A stretch of 64,000 bases of DNA from Candidatus Desulfovibrio gallistercoris (GCA_019118745.1 DWYJ01000087.1:24515-88514), one strand, 5' to 3'. Shown: positions 10,033-19,232, counted from the stretch's first letter. Notes: a model not told the origin generated them from the letters alone. Made by a program: numbers and translations.

Positions 10033-10069
10033 AACAGCCCGAACGGTTGGACCGTTCGGGCTGTTTTCG
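10033..10069 (+). terminator. Terminator hairpin between the convergent OsmC-family and ATPase genes
   Basis: AACAGCCCGAACGGT-TGG-ACCGTTCGGGCTGTT, a 15-bp perfect stem, followed by TTCGT on the plus strand and TTTCGCG on the minus strand. Confidence 0.7.
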
Positions 10070-10093
10070 TCTGCGAGTCCGCCGTGTTGTCGT

Positions 10094-13000
10094 CTACTGG
10101 CGGGTGATGCTGCCGTTCTCCACCCGGAAGATGGCGCAGTGCGGTTGCGCTTCCCGCAGCATGTCCGCCATGTGCGGGTGGCAGGTGAAGTAGAGGAGCT
10201 GATGCGGGCGGCCGTGGCGGCCTTCGGAGAGTTCGATGAAGGTGCGCGCGGCCCGCGCGGCCCGCTGCGGGTCGAAGTTGACCAGCACGTCGTCCATGAT
10301 GACCGGCAGGGGGGTGGCCCGCTCGGCGTGGTTCTGGATGTAGGCCAGCCGCAGGGCCAGATAGGCCTGCTCCTGCGTGCCGCGGCTGAGGGCCTCGGGG
10401 CTGATGGCTTCGCCGTAATGGGGCAGGATGTGCAGGCTGGTGTCGTCCAGCGAGGCATTGATGCCGCGCCAGTTGCCGCCGGTGATGGAGGCGAAGATGC
10501 TGGACGCCAGCCGGATGACCTGCGGCTGCCGTTCGCGTTCAAAGGTGTTCTTGGCGCGCAGCAGGAGCTCACGGGCAAGGGCCAGGGCGCTCCACTGCAT
10601 GGCCAGACGGCGCATGCTCTCTAGGGAAAGGGCTTCCTGTTGCCGCAGGCGGGCCAGCGTGTCCGTGCCGGTAAGGCCGTTGACGCGGGCCGTGAGGCTG
10701 CCCACCTCGTCGGAAAGGCGTTCCTCCTGCTCGCGGATGTCCCGCAGTTCCGCATTCAGCGCGGCGCAGCGGCTTTCCTGTGCGTCGTGGTCCTCTTCCT
10801 CAAAGGAGGCGAGGAAGGCCTCGAACGGCTGATTGCCGGCGGCGATGCGCAAGTTCTCCTGCAGGCTGTCCCGCAGACGCTGCGTTTCCCGGCTCTGGGC
10901 CAGGACGGCGGCCAGCCGCAGGAAGTCGTCGGCATCGGCCGCTTCGGCCATGTGGAGCAGGGTGCCCTCGCCATGACGGGCCTCCTCCAGCGCGGCGGAG
11001 GCGGCGCGCAGCTCGGCGTCCTGTTCGGCCAGCAGGCCGTCGAGGCGGCGTGCCTCGGCATCCACTTCCGCCGCCCGTTCGGCGGCTTCCAGTGTGCTGT
11101 CCAGCGCGCCGAGCCAGTCGATCTCCCCGTCCTCAGCACGCGGCAGCGGACGAGAAAGGGCGGTCAGCAGCTGTTCCAGCGGCTGGCGCAGCGCGGCCAT
11201 CTCCTGTTCGTTCTGGGCCAGTTCCGCGGCAAGCCGCTGGCAGGCGGCATCCAGCGAGAGGCAGGTATCCATGCACTGCAGGGCCTTGCGCACGGTCTCA
11301 GGGTCGAGGTCCTCACCCAGCCCCAGGCCGGAAAGGCAGTCGCCCCAGTCACGGCGGGCCGCTTCCAGACGGGTCTGGGCCTGGGCCAGCGCTTCGGAGG
11401 CCTCGGCCTGACGGCCCTGGATGCGTTCCAGCTCGTCCTTGTGGTGCTGGAGGGTGGCGGTCGCCTTGATGCGCTGCTCACGGGCGGCGTCGGCTTCGCG
11501 GCAGGCTTCCAGCACCTGACGGACAGCCTCCAGCAGCGCGGGCAGGTCGCCGGGTTCGTGCAGGCAGTCCTGCACGGGCCCGAAGGACCGCAGCGTGCTT
11601 TCATACTGGGCAAGGTCGGTACGCTGCCCTTCCAGTTCGGCCTGCGCGTTCTCCACGGCGTCCCAGGCGGCGCGGGCCGACTCGGCGCGGGCAAAGAAGC
11701 TTTCGGCGCTTTCCGGCGCGGGCACGTTGACCACCCGCAGCATGCTCATGAAATCCTGCCAGCGGCGGCGGATGCGCTGTACCGCGCCCTGCATCTCATG
11801 GGCCCGGGACTGGAGTTCGGCGATGCGGGTACGGGCATGGCCGATCTCGCGTTGCAGCTCTTCGGCTTCCTTGTGGCTGCGCTCCTGATTGAAACACTGC
11901 TCCCGCTTGCGTTCCAGCATGACTTCCACCGCTTCCAGCGTTTCGGGGTCCATGCTGTCCACGCCCGCCTCCTGACAGAGCTTGCGGGCCTTGTCGCCGA
12001 GCTCGGCAACGTGGAGGGCGCAGGTCTCGCGGCGGCTTTCCAGTTGCAGGCGCTCCTGACGGAGGCGCTTGGCTTCCGGGCCGTTGCGGCGCGGCAGGCC
12101 GCCGCCCACCGCCATAGCCCCGCAGACCAGCACGAGGTAGCCGGACCAGAGGGTCATGGGCAGGTGCAGGTTCTCGGTGATGGCGAGGCTCTCAAGACCG
12201 AACTGCCAGTGCCCCACGAGGATGCAGATGCCCAGCAGCATGATGATGCCCCCCAGCACGAGCAGGGCCATATTCTTGACTGCGGCGGGTTCCTTTTCGG
12301 CATTGAGGCGGTCGCTCAGTTCCTTGAGGCGTTCCTGTTCCGTCTCCAGCGAGGCGGAAAGGGCACGCAGCGAGCGCAGGGCGCTGCTGCGGTTGTCGAG
12401 GGCCTCGCGGCTGGGGCCGTTGCTGCTGCGCTGTTCCTCGCGCAGCTGTTCCAGGCGGGAGCGCAGCATGTCGGCCTGCTCCTCGGCCTGCTGCACGGCA
12501 CGTGCGGCTTCACCGGCGCCGTCGATACTGGCCTGTACTTCGCGGGCCAGTTCCAGCGCTTCCTCCCGCTTGTTCAGCAGGGCATCCAGCGCGCCGCGCG
12601 GGTCGTCGGCTTCCAGTTTGAGCCGTTCCTGCGCGCGTTCAAAGGTGTGTCGGGCCTGCTGGACCGCCCGTTCCCGCGCGGGCAGGCGCTGGCGGCCTTC
12701 CTCCAGCAGGACGAGCGTCTGCCGCAGGCGGTCGCGGTCGGACTCGCCCAGGGCGGCCGCCGGGTCGGGCAGAAGATCCAGCGCCGCGGTGGCGGAGGCG
12801 ATGTCGCGCCGGCAGAGCTCCACGTCGCGGTTGAGGCGGTCGAGCGTATCCACCGCGGCCTGATGGCTGGAATCGGCGGCGTTCAGTTCACGGGCCTGCC
12901 GTTCCAGATCCTTGTCGGCAAAGATGCCGCGATCCGTCTGGCGGATACGGTCACAGTCCCAGCCGGGACCGAGGCGTTCCAGCTCGCGGGCAAGGTCGGC

Positions 13001-14056
13001 GTCCGCGCGTTCCCGCTCGCCCCGCAGACGGGGCTGGGCCAGCTGGGCCTGACGGTAGCCGCTCTTGCGCTCCGCCAGCGCTCGCAGACGGGGCAGGGCT
13101 TCCAGCAGGTGCGGGTCTTCCTGCAGGGCTTCACGCTGTTCCCGCAGGCGGGAGAGCTTCTCCTGCTGGGCGGCCGCCTGGCGCTCGCAGGTCTCGCGGG
13201 CTTCCTGCGCGCGGGCGAGGCGGGCCGGGCCGTCTTCGGGGAAGCCGGCGCTGACGGCGGGATACGCTTCCAGCCGCAGGCCGCATTTGCGCCATTCGTC
13301 CCACTGCTGCCAGACATTGAGGCGACGCTCCACGCGGCGGCGTTCGTCGTCCACCACTTCGCGGCGTTCCCGCAGGGTGGCAAGGGTCTGTTTTTTCTCA
13401 TTGAGGCTGGTGGCCAGCTGGTCATAGCCGGCCGATTCCTCGCTGACGGCCTGGATCTCGCCGCGCAGCTTCTCCAGCGCCGTCAGTTCCTCATTGAGGC
13501 GCGGCTTGCTGGCGCTGGCCCGGAAGAGGGCGTCCTTGCGGCCGTCCAGATCCCGCAGGGCCTCCACGGGCGAACGCAGGCCCGCGCCGAAGCTGGCGCC
13601 GTAAAGGGCGTTGCGCACCCCGTCGCCGGAAAGGCTTTCAAAGGTTTGCAGCTCATTGAGGCTGAAGCCGAAGACGTTGCGGTAGACGTCCCGGTTGATG
13701 CCGAAAAGCAGCTGCTGGAGCAGGGTGCTTTCCAGCGGATCGCCCTCGGCATTGCTGAGGGTCAGCACGCCGCCGTCCTGTCCGGGCCGCCGGGTCAGGC
13801 GGATCTCCCCCTGGTCCTCGCTGATGAGGTGCAGGCTCCCGCCGGGCTGGCCGCCGCGCAGGGGCGGCGGGATGCGGCGCGCTTCCCGGCTGCGGGCATT
13901 GGGATAGCCCACGAGCATGGTGCGCAGGAATTCGAGACAGGTGGACTTGCCGGCTTCGTTCTCGCCGAGGAAGACCGTCAGGCCCGGCGGCAGATTGTCC
14001 ACCTGCACGTCCGCAAAGATGCCGAACCCGTCGATATGGAAGGATTGGATATACAT
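10094..14056 (-). CDS. SMC-like AAA ATPase with a very long coiled coil (YhaN/SbcC-like), containing a central hydrophobic hairpin
   Basis: ORF 10094..14083 trimmed to the Met at 14056 (MYIQSFHIDGFGIF), which makes an ATGA overlap with the upstream nuclease gene. Walker A FLGENEAGKST, C-terminal signature-like SRGTQEQAYLALRLAY and Walker B LPVIMDDVLVNFD. About 1000 aa of heptad-rich sequence, with two hydrophobic helices (NMALLVLGGIIMLLGICILVGHW; LWSGYLVLVCGAMAVGGGL) encoded near 12110..12285. Confidence 0.85.
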   Translation of the reverse strand: MYIQSFHIDGFGIFADVQVDNLPPGLTVFLGENEAGKSTCLEFLRTMLVGYPNARSREARRIPPPLRGGQPGGSLHLISEDQGEIRLTRRPGQDGGVLTLSNAEGDPLESTLLQQLLFGINRDVYRNVFGFSLNELQTFESLSGDGVRNALYGASFGAGLRSPVEALRDLDGRKDALFRASASKPRLNEELTALEKLRGEIQAVSEESAGYDQLATSLNEKKQTLATLRERREVVDDERRRVERRLNVWQQWDEWRKCGLRLEAYPAVSAGFPEDGPARLARAQEARETCERQAAAQQEKLSRLREQREALQEDPHLLEALPRLRALAERKSGYRQAQLAQPRLRGERERADADLARELERLGPGWDCDRIRQTDRGIFADKDLERQARELNAADSSHQAAVDTLDRLNRDVELCRRDIASATAALDLLPDPAAALGESDRDRLRQTLVLLEEGRQRLPARERAVQQARHTFERAQERLKLEADDPRGALDALLNKREEALELAREVQASIDGAGEAARAVQQAEEQADMLRSRLEQLREEQRSSNGPSREALDNRSSALRSLRALSASLETEQERLKELSDRLNAEKEPAAVKNMALLVLGGIIMLLGICILVGHWQFGLESLAITENLHLPMTLWSGYLVLVCGAMAVGGGLPRRNGPEAKRLRQERLQLESRRETCALHVAELGDKARKLCQEAGVDSMDPETLEAVEVMLERKREQCFNQERSHKEAEELQREIGHARTRIAELQSRAHEMQGAVQRIRRRWQDFMSMLRVVNVPAPESAESFFARAESARAAWDAVENAQAELEGQRTDLAQYESTLRSFGPVQDCLHEPGDLPALLEAVRQVLEACREADAAREQRIKATATLQHHKDELERIQGRQAEASEALAQAQTRLEAARRDWGDCLSGLGLGEDLDPETVRKALQCMDTCLSLDAACQRLAAELAQNEQEMAALRQPLEQLLTALSRPLPRAEDGEIDWLGALDSTLEAAERAAEVDAEARRLDGLLAEQDAELRAASAALEEARHGEGTLLHMAEAADADDFLRLAAVLAQSRETQRLRDSLQENLRIAAGNQPFEAFLASFEEEDHDAQESRCAALNAELRDIREQEERLSDEVGSLTARVNGLTGTDTLARLRQQEALSLESMRRLAMQWSALALARELLLRAKNTFERERQPQVIRLASSIFASITGGNWRGINASLDDTSLHILPHYGEAISPEALSRGTQEQAYLALRLAYIQNHAERATPLPVIMDDVLVNFDPQRAARAARTFIELSEGRHGRPHQLLYFTCHPHMADMLREAQPHCAIFRVENGSITRQ

Positions 14057-15336
14057 CAGCGGACCTCCAGCATGTCGATGCACAGGCGCTGGGCCTCGTC
14101 CAGCAGGCGGCGGCTCTCCTCCGTATCCGGCGGCGCGAGGGCCTTGCGCATGCGGGCGTGGGAAAAGAGCGGGGCCAGGGCAGCCTCGCCAAGCTCGGCG
14201 AATTGTTCGGGATGGCGGCGCATCTCGTCGATGAGGCGCATGGTCTCGCCCAGCAGATCCTCGCGGCGGCGGTACTCGGCCTCATCCAGCAGGGGACGGG
14301 TCTCCACGATCAGATCCTTGAGCCAGATGCGCGGCGAATTGGCGGCCAGATGCAGCAGGCGTTCCTGGAGGTCGGCGCAGGCCTCGGCCTTGCGCAGCTG
14401 TTCGTCCAGCGGCGTCCGGCCGGTAAGGGTCACGCGAGCGATGAGGGCCTCGCAGCTGCCGTCAAGGGAGCCGGCGCTTTCCTCCAGAAGGCGGGTGAGC
14501 CGGTCTTCCAGCGCATCCAGACTGTCCACCGCATCGAGCGACAGCTCCAGCTTTTGCCATTCCACCGGGCCGAGGCGCAGGAATTCGCTGTCGCAGCGCC
14601 AGCCGCCCTCGCGGGGACAGGCCGTGACCAGCAGACAGCCGCGGGGGCCTGTTTCGTTGATATGCAGGCCCTGCGCATTGCCGCTGTAGGCGATGAAGCA
14701 CTCGTCCTCCCACTGCCGGCGCTGATGGATGTGCCCCAGCGCCCAGGCGTCGAGGCGGCTGCGGCGCAGGTCGTCCAGCGAGCAGGGGGCGTAGCGGTCG
14801 CCCTTGGCCTCGCCTTCCACGGTGCAGTGCAGGACGCCGAGCTGGAAGACGGACTGCGTGTCGTCCCGGCGGAAGAGTTGGGCGAGATTGCGGTTTTCGC
14901 GGGAACCGGCGTGGCTTATGCCGTGGACGAGGGCCAGCGGCTGCCCGTCCTTTTCCACGAGGCGGCTTTCCACATCCGGGCCGAAGACGGTGACGTTCTC
15001 CGGCCAGTGGATGGCCGTAAGCCGTGAGGACAGCGGATCATGGTTGCCGTGGGCCATGAAGACCCGGATGCCGAGCGCGTCGAGCCGGCGGCAGCCGTCG
15101 CGCAGGGCGAGCTGCGCCTTGGCGCTGTAGTTTTCCTGATTATAGATGTCGCCCGCCAGCACAAGGAAGTCCGGGCGCTTTTCTTCACAGAAGCGGAAAA
15201 GACGCTCCAGGGCGGTGAAGGTGGCGTCCTGCATGATCCGCGAGAGGTGGCCGCTCTGGGCGGCCTCGCGGGCCAGCCCCTGAAAGGGGGTATCCAGATG
15301 CAGATCGGCCGCATGTATGTACCGCACGATGTCCAT
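14056..15336 (-). CDS. Metallophosphoesterase DNA-repair exonuclease (SbcD/YhaO-like)
   Basis: 426 aa. Calcineurin-like motifs IHAADLHLD, LVLAGDIYN, GNHD and GHIH. Translationally coupled (ATGA) to the downstream ATPase. Confidence 0.88.
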   Translation of the reverse strand: MDIVRYIHAADLHLDTPFQGLAREAAQSGHLSRIMQDATFTALERLFRFCEEKRPDFLVLAGDIYNQENYSAKAQLALRDGCRRLDALGIRVFMAHGNHDPLSSRLTAIHWPENVTVFGPDVESRLVEKDGQPLALVHGISHAGSRENRNLAQLFRRDDTQSVFQLGVLHCTVEGEAKGDRYAPCSLDDLRRSRLDAWALGHIHQRRQWEDECFIAYSGNAQGLHINETGPRGCLLVTACPREGGWRCDSEFLRLGPVEWQKLELSLDAVDSLDALEDRLTRLLEESAGSLDGSCEALIARVTLTGRTPLDEQLRKAEACADLQERLLHLAANSPRIWLKDLIVETRPLLDEAEYRRREDLLGETMRLIDEMRRHPEQFAELGEAALAPLFSHARMRKALAPPDTEESRRLLDEAQRLCIDMLEVR

Positions 15337-15436
15337 GCTTTGCCTCGTTGAAAGTGAAGGGAAGAAAGAGGCAAAACTTTAGACTTTTTCCAGACGGCTG
15401 ACAAGCGGCCTGCCGCATCGGGACGAGGTACGGGCC

Positions 15437-16024
15437 TCAGCGTTTCATCTCTTCGCGCTTGCGCAAACAGATCTGGCCGAGTTCCAGCAGGGTGGGGTCG
15501 TCCTTCACGTAGCTCAGGCCCTTCTTGATGTAGCCGAGGGCCCGCACGTATTCGCCGGCTTCCATGTGCGCCTTGGCCATGAGGCCGAACACGGCCTGCT
15601 CGTTGCGGAAGTTCTTGAGCCCGTCCATGAACACGGCGTCGGCTTCCGATGCCTTGCCCTGGGCAAGCAGGGCGCGGCCTTCCTTGAGGCAGTGGTCCAG
15701 CCCCAGCTTGCGCTGCAGGGTGGTCTCGTAGTCTTCCTGCTTTTCCTGGCCCTGCGCGGATTTGTAGATCTTGATGAGCAGGTTGCAGATCTCGCGCTCA
15801 TTGCCGGGCTGGTAGGCGAGCGGGCTGGGGTGCTCCCGCCGGAAATCCTCGTCCTTGGCCAGGGCCGTGATGGTTTCCCGGAAGTCGCCGCGCAGGTCCA
15901 TGGGCGGATTGCTGCCGGTCTCCTTGAAGGCGGTGACGATGAGGTAAAGGGCGCGCGGCATCTCGTTGCGTTTGAGACAGGCGCGGGCCCGGCCGAGGTC
16001 TTCACGAATCTTGCGGACGTTCAT
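15437..16024 (-). CDS. Hypothetical protein with TPR-like helical repeats
   Basis: ORF 15437..16072 trimmed to the Met at 16024 (MNVRKIREDLGRARACLK). Helical-repeat-like C-terminus (EADAVFMDGLKNFRNEQAVFGLMAKAHMEAGEYVRALGYIKKGL). About 100 nt upstream of, and co-oriented with, the nuclease/ATPase pair. Confidence 0.6.
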   Translation of the reverse strand: MNVRKIREDLGRARACLKRNEMPRALYLIVTAFKETGSNPPMDLRGDFRETITALAKDEDFRREHPSPLAYQPGNEREICNLLIKIYKSAQGQEKQEDYETTLQRKLGLDHCLKEGRALLAQGKASEADAVFMDGLKNFRNEQAVFGLMAKAHMEAGEYVRALGYIKKGLSYVKDDPTLLELGQICLRKREEMKR

Positions 16025-16187
16025 AGATGGCTCCTGTGCGGGAAGTATGCCCAATTCACGCGGCAAGAGCAAGGGCGTGTTGACGGAGGCAGCGCCCCGC
16101 TGCTAGGGTCGGCAATCATCACCCCGCCTGCGGGCAGACGGCATGAGACGCCTGCCCGCAGGCCCTGTTTTCTGCAAGGGAGGCGGC

Positions 16188-17300
16188 ATGGCGCGCATTT
16201 TGTATGGTATCCACGGCACGGGACACGGGCACGCCATGCGGGGGCTGACCATCGCGCGGCGGCTCGGCGGGCATGAATTCCTCTTCATCGCCAATGACGA
16301 CGCCCCGCGCGTCCTGGAGCCGGAGTTCCCCGTCCGCCGCATCCCCAATCTGGGGACGGTCTTCAGGAACTATCAGGTGGATCTGGCGGCCACCGTTCGC
16401 CGGGCCGTCCCCCTGCTGCTGCACCGGCAGCGGCATGTGGAGGATGTGCTGCGCATCATGGACGAGTTCCGCCCCGACGTCTGCATGACCGATCTGGAGT
16501 ATTTCGTGCCGCGGGCGGCGGAGCGGGCCGGGCTGCCCTGCCTGACCCTGGATCATCAGCACGTCATCACCTGCTGCCGCCATGAGCTGCCCCCGAACAT
16601 GTGGTGGGACACCTTCCTGCAGGGGCTGACGCCGCGTTATCTCTTCCGCCCCACAGGGGACAATCTCATCGTTTCCTTTTATCAGCCGCCGGTGCTGCCG
16701 CGTTACCGGGCGCGGGTGGTGCCGCCCATCTTGCGGGACAGGGTGTTGCAGCTTGCGCCGCGTGATGACGGCCATGTGCTCGTGTACCAGAGCAATTCCA
16801 CGCATCGGGCGCTCATCGACTTTTTGCGGCAGTCCACCACGCGCACCTGCTACGTCTACGGCTATGACCGCACGGAAGGGCAGGAAGGCAATGTCGTCTT
16901 CATGCAGAAAAGCGAGGAGGGCTTCCTGCGCCTGCTGGAAGGCTGTTCCTACGTCATCCAGGGGGGCGGGCACACGCTCATGACCGAGGCGCTGCATCTG
17001 GGCAAGCCCATCCTGACCCTGCCGCTCAAGGCCATGGTGGAACAGCGCTTCAATGCGCTCTATATCGAGCGGCTGGGCTACGGCATGCAGGCCGACATGC
17101 TGCACCTCTCGCCGGAACTGCTGCGGACGTTCGAGGACAACCTGCCCCGCTTCAGGGCGAACATCGCCCGCGGGCGCTTCTGCGGCAATGAACTGGTGTT
17201 CGGTCTGGTGGACGCCTTCATCCGCACGGGGCGCCTGCCCCTGAGCGGCGAACCCGCCGTCAGCGAGGAGGGCGGCGCACGGAGGGACGCGAATGACTGA
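16188..17300 (+). CDS. Glycosyltransferase, GT28 C-terminal-like (MJ1255/TIGR00661-type)
   Basis: ORF trimmed to the ATG at 16188 (GGGAGG upstream). MARILYGIHGTGHGHAMRGLTIARRL N-terminus and GGGHTLMTEALHLGKPILTLPLKAMVEQRFNALYIERLGYG nucleotide-sugar-binding region. Confidence 0.8.
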   Translation: MARILYGIHGTGHGHAMRGLTIARRLGGHEFLFIANDDAPRVLEPEFPVRRIPNLGTVFRNYQVDLAATVRRAVPLLLHRQRHVEDVLRIMDEFRPDVCMTDLEYFVPRAAERAGLPCLTLDHQHVITCCRHELPPNMWWDTFLQGLTPRYLFRPTGDNLIVSFYQPPVLPRYRARVVPPILRDRVLQLAPRDDGHVLVYQSNSTHRALIDFLRQSTTRTCYVYGYDRTEGQEGNVVFMQKSEEGFLRLLEGCSYVIQGGGHTLMTEALHLGKPILTLPLKAMVEQRFNALYIERLGYGMQADMLHLSPELLRTFEDNLPRFRANIARGRFCGNELVFGLVDAFIRTGRLPLSGEPAVSEEGGARRDAND

Positions 17301-17763
17301 AACAGGCGGCTACCGCATCTTTACCTGCCGGATCGAGGTGGCGGCGGGAGACATGGACATGCAGCAGCGGGTGAGCAACGTACGCTATGTGGAATGGATG
17401 CAGGATCTCGCCGTGGCCCATTCCGCCGCGCAGGGCTGGAGCATGGAGCGCTATGCCGCTGCCGGGCAGGGCTGGGTGGTGCACCGCCATGCCATCACCT
17501 ACAAGCGGCCTGCCGTGGCCGGGGACGTGCTGCTCGCGGCGACCTGGGTGGCCGAGTACGCCTCACGGCAGTGCCTGCGGCGCTACGCCTTCCTGCGGCA
17601 GGCGGACGGGGCCGTGCTGGCCGAGGCGGAAACCGCCTGGATGTATATCGACATGACCACGGGCCGCGCCATCCGCGTCCCCGATGCGCTGCGGCACGAC
17701 TTCGCCGTGGTGACGGACGAGGAAGAGGTGCGGGCCTTCCTTCGGGCGGCTGTGGCCGTTTAG
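17293..17763 (+). CDS. Acyl-CoA thioesterase, hotdog fold (4HBT/YbgC-like)
   Basis: 156 aa. Overlaps the glycosyltransferase stop by 8 nt. The IEVAAGDMDMQQRVSNVRYVEWMQD pattern is typical of 4HBT thioesterases. Confidence 0.78.
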   Translation: MTETGGYRIFTCRIEVAAGDMDMQQRVSNVRYVEWMQDLAVAHSAAQGWSMERYAAAGQGWVVHRHAITYKRPAVAGDVLLAATWVAEYASRQCLRRYAFLRQADGAVLAEAETAWMYIDMTTGRAIRVPDALRHDFAVVTDEEEVRAFLRAAVAV

Positions 17764-17990
17764 GGGCAGGACTGATTACGCTTTTTTGAGGGGGAAGAAA
17801 CCCCTTTTGCTCGCGGCAAAAAGGGGTTTCTTCCCCCTCAAACTCCCCCATCTTCCCCAAAACCCGCTACTTGGGTAAAAGTAATTGAAAACGCAAGACT
17901 TCAGGTTGTAAAAATAAGTATTTATTTTGCGGTAAGTTATAAGAATATCGCCGTCAGGACATATTACTTGATAATGAGTCCTGCCCCTAG
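17761..17990. mobile_element. 230-bp segment bounded by 18-bp imperfect terminal inverted repeats (MITE-like), containing a RepB hairpin and an AT-rich stretch
   Basis: The left end 17761..17778 is TAGGGGCAGGACTGATTA. The right end 17973..17990 reverse-complements to TAGGGGCAGGACTCATTA (17 of 18 identical). The left TAG is the thioesterase stop codon. Confidence 0.45.
17787..17878 (-). repeat. RepB: G-rich leader plus long perfect hairpin (22-bp stem)
   Basis: Arms are 17787..17808 (TGAGGGGGAAGAAACCCCTTTT) and 17819..17840 (AAAAGGGGTTTCTTCCCCCTCA), followed by CTCCCCCATCTTCCCCAAAACCCGCTACTTGGGTAAAAG. Lies 24 nt after the thioesterase stop. Confidence 0.8.
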
Positions 17991-18018
17991 GGCCTGTTAA
18001 CGGCTCTGGAGCATTGCG

Positions 18019-19155
18019 TCAGCATGCCGCAACAGGCAGGGCGTAGAGGACGGTCTCCCAGCCGTTCATGAAGTGGTGTTCCAGATAGAAGCGGTAGCCG
18101 AGATCGCACTCCACCAGAAAGCGCGGGATGCGGAAGAAATCCTCCGGGCTGTGGTAGAGGCAGACGGCGAGCCGGGGCCGGAAACGGCGCAGGGTGCGCT
18201 CCGCGCCCTTGAGGGTGGCGAGTTCCGCGCCTTCCACATCCATCTTGATGAAATCCACGCGCGGCCAGCCCAGGCGCTCCGTTTCGGCGTCGATGCTCGT
18301 TACGGGGATGTCCGCCCGTTGCAGGCGGGGATTGCTGTGATCAAGGTGGCTGCCGGGCCCGCACAGGGAGAAGGCGGCCGTACCGCCCGCCGTTTCACCG
18401 GTGGCGGCGGGCAGCAGCGTCATGCGGCGGGCAAGCCGGGGATTCAGGTCCCTGTTGCGCTGGAAGAGCCGGCCGATGTCCGGATGCGGTTCAAAGGAGA
18501 GCACCCTGCCGTCCTCTCCCGCGCTTGCGGCAAAGAGAAGGGCCGTATCCCCGTAACAGGCGCCGCAGTCGATGACGTGATCCCCCGGCTGCACAGCCAC
18601 GCGGACCGGGCCCGCGGCATAGCGGTAGGGCGGGAAGGCTTCAAGCTGATACAGGAATTCGCTGCTGCCGTAAAAGCTGACCTCCTCCCCGGCCATGCGC
18701 GTCCGGTAGCGGTGCAGGCGGCTGCCCACGCCGAAGGCGTCACGGGCAAGGGCCTCCCGCATGGCGGGATCTTCCACTTCCACAAGGCAGCGGTCGTGCA
18801 GGGCCTGACGGCGAGCCAGGGTGTCGGGCGCATAGTAGGGGAAGCGGACGAACCGGTGCCCCAGCAGGGCATAGAGCGCTACCAGCAGCAGCGTGTCCCG
18901 CGAGTGCCGGTCGGCAAGCAGGGTGTAGAGGGTGCCCTTGGTCAGCACCTGCCGGGCGATCTCCTGCGCATGGGCCGCCATGAAGGCCGCGGGCTCGATG
19001 TGGGGATAGCGCGCGAACCATTCCTTGTCTTCGCGCGTGTTTTCCTCGCAGGGGTGGGCATAGTAGGCATAACTGTTGTCCACGTAGCGGCACTGCCGGG
19101 AGGAAAGATGCCGCTCGATGCCTTCCTCAAGGCGTTTTTGAAAGGCGTTCGTCAT
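18019..19155 (-). CDS. FkbM family methyltransferase
   Basis: ORF 18019..19350 trimmed to the Met at 19155 (MTNAFQKRLEEG), because the extension runs through a repeat. SAM motif VIDCGACYGDTALLFA and FkbM-type DFIKMDVEGAELATLKGA. Confidence 0.8.
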   Translation of the reverse strand: MTNAFQKRLEEGIERHLSSRQCRYVDNSYAYYAHPCEENTREDKEWFARYPHIEPAAFMAAHAQEIARQVLTKGTLYTLLADRHSRDTLLLVALYALLGHRFVRFPYYAPDTLARRQALHDRCLVEVEDPAMREALARDAFGVGSRLHRYRTRMAGEEVSFYGSSEFLYQLEAFPPYRYAAGPVRVAVQPGDHVIDCGACYGDTALLFAASAGEDGRVLSFEPHPDIGRLFQRNRDLNPRLARRMTLLPAATGETAGGTAAFSLCGPGSHLDHSNPRLQRADIPVTSIDAETERLGWPRVDFIKMDVEGAELATLKGAERTLRRFRPRLAVCLYHSPEDFFRIPRFLVECDLGYRFYLEHHFMNGWETVLYALPVAAC

Positions 19156-19159
19156 GGGA

Positions 19160-19232
19160 ACCTCACAATCGGTCGGCGCTGTGCCGCCGCCTCGCATCCT
19201 GCCTTTTCCAAAGGCAACATGCTCTGGTAAAA
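19160..19232 (+). repeat. RepA-like fragment fused to a RepB copy
   Basis: The minus strand reads TACCAGAGCATGTTGCCTTTGGAAAAGGCAGGATGCGAGGCGGCGGCACAGCGCCGACCG, which is a RepA end, directly abutting RepB at 19226. Confidence 0.5.

Noticed and set aside
10640-14689. 1349-aa plus-strand ORF, the longest ORF in the track.
   Set aside because: It is the antisense shadow of the coiled-coil ATPase and nuclease genes. The translation is low-complexity (Ala/Gly/Leu/Gln/Arg) with no motifs and crosses a gene boundary. The minus-strand products carry Walker, signature and phosphoesterase motifs. Codon-biased GC-rich coiled-coil genes rarely generate stops on the opposite strand.
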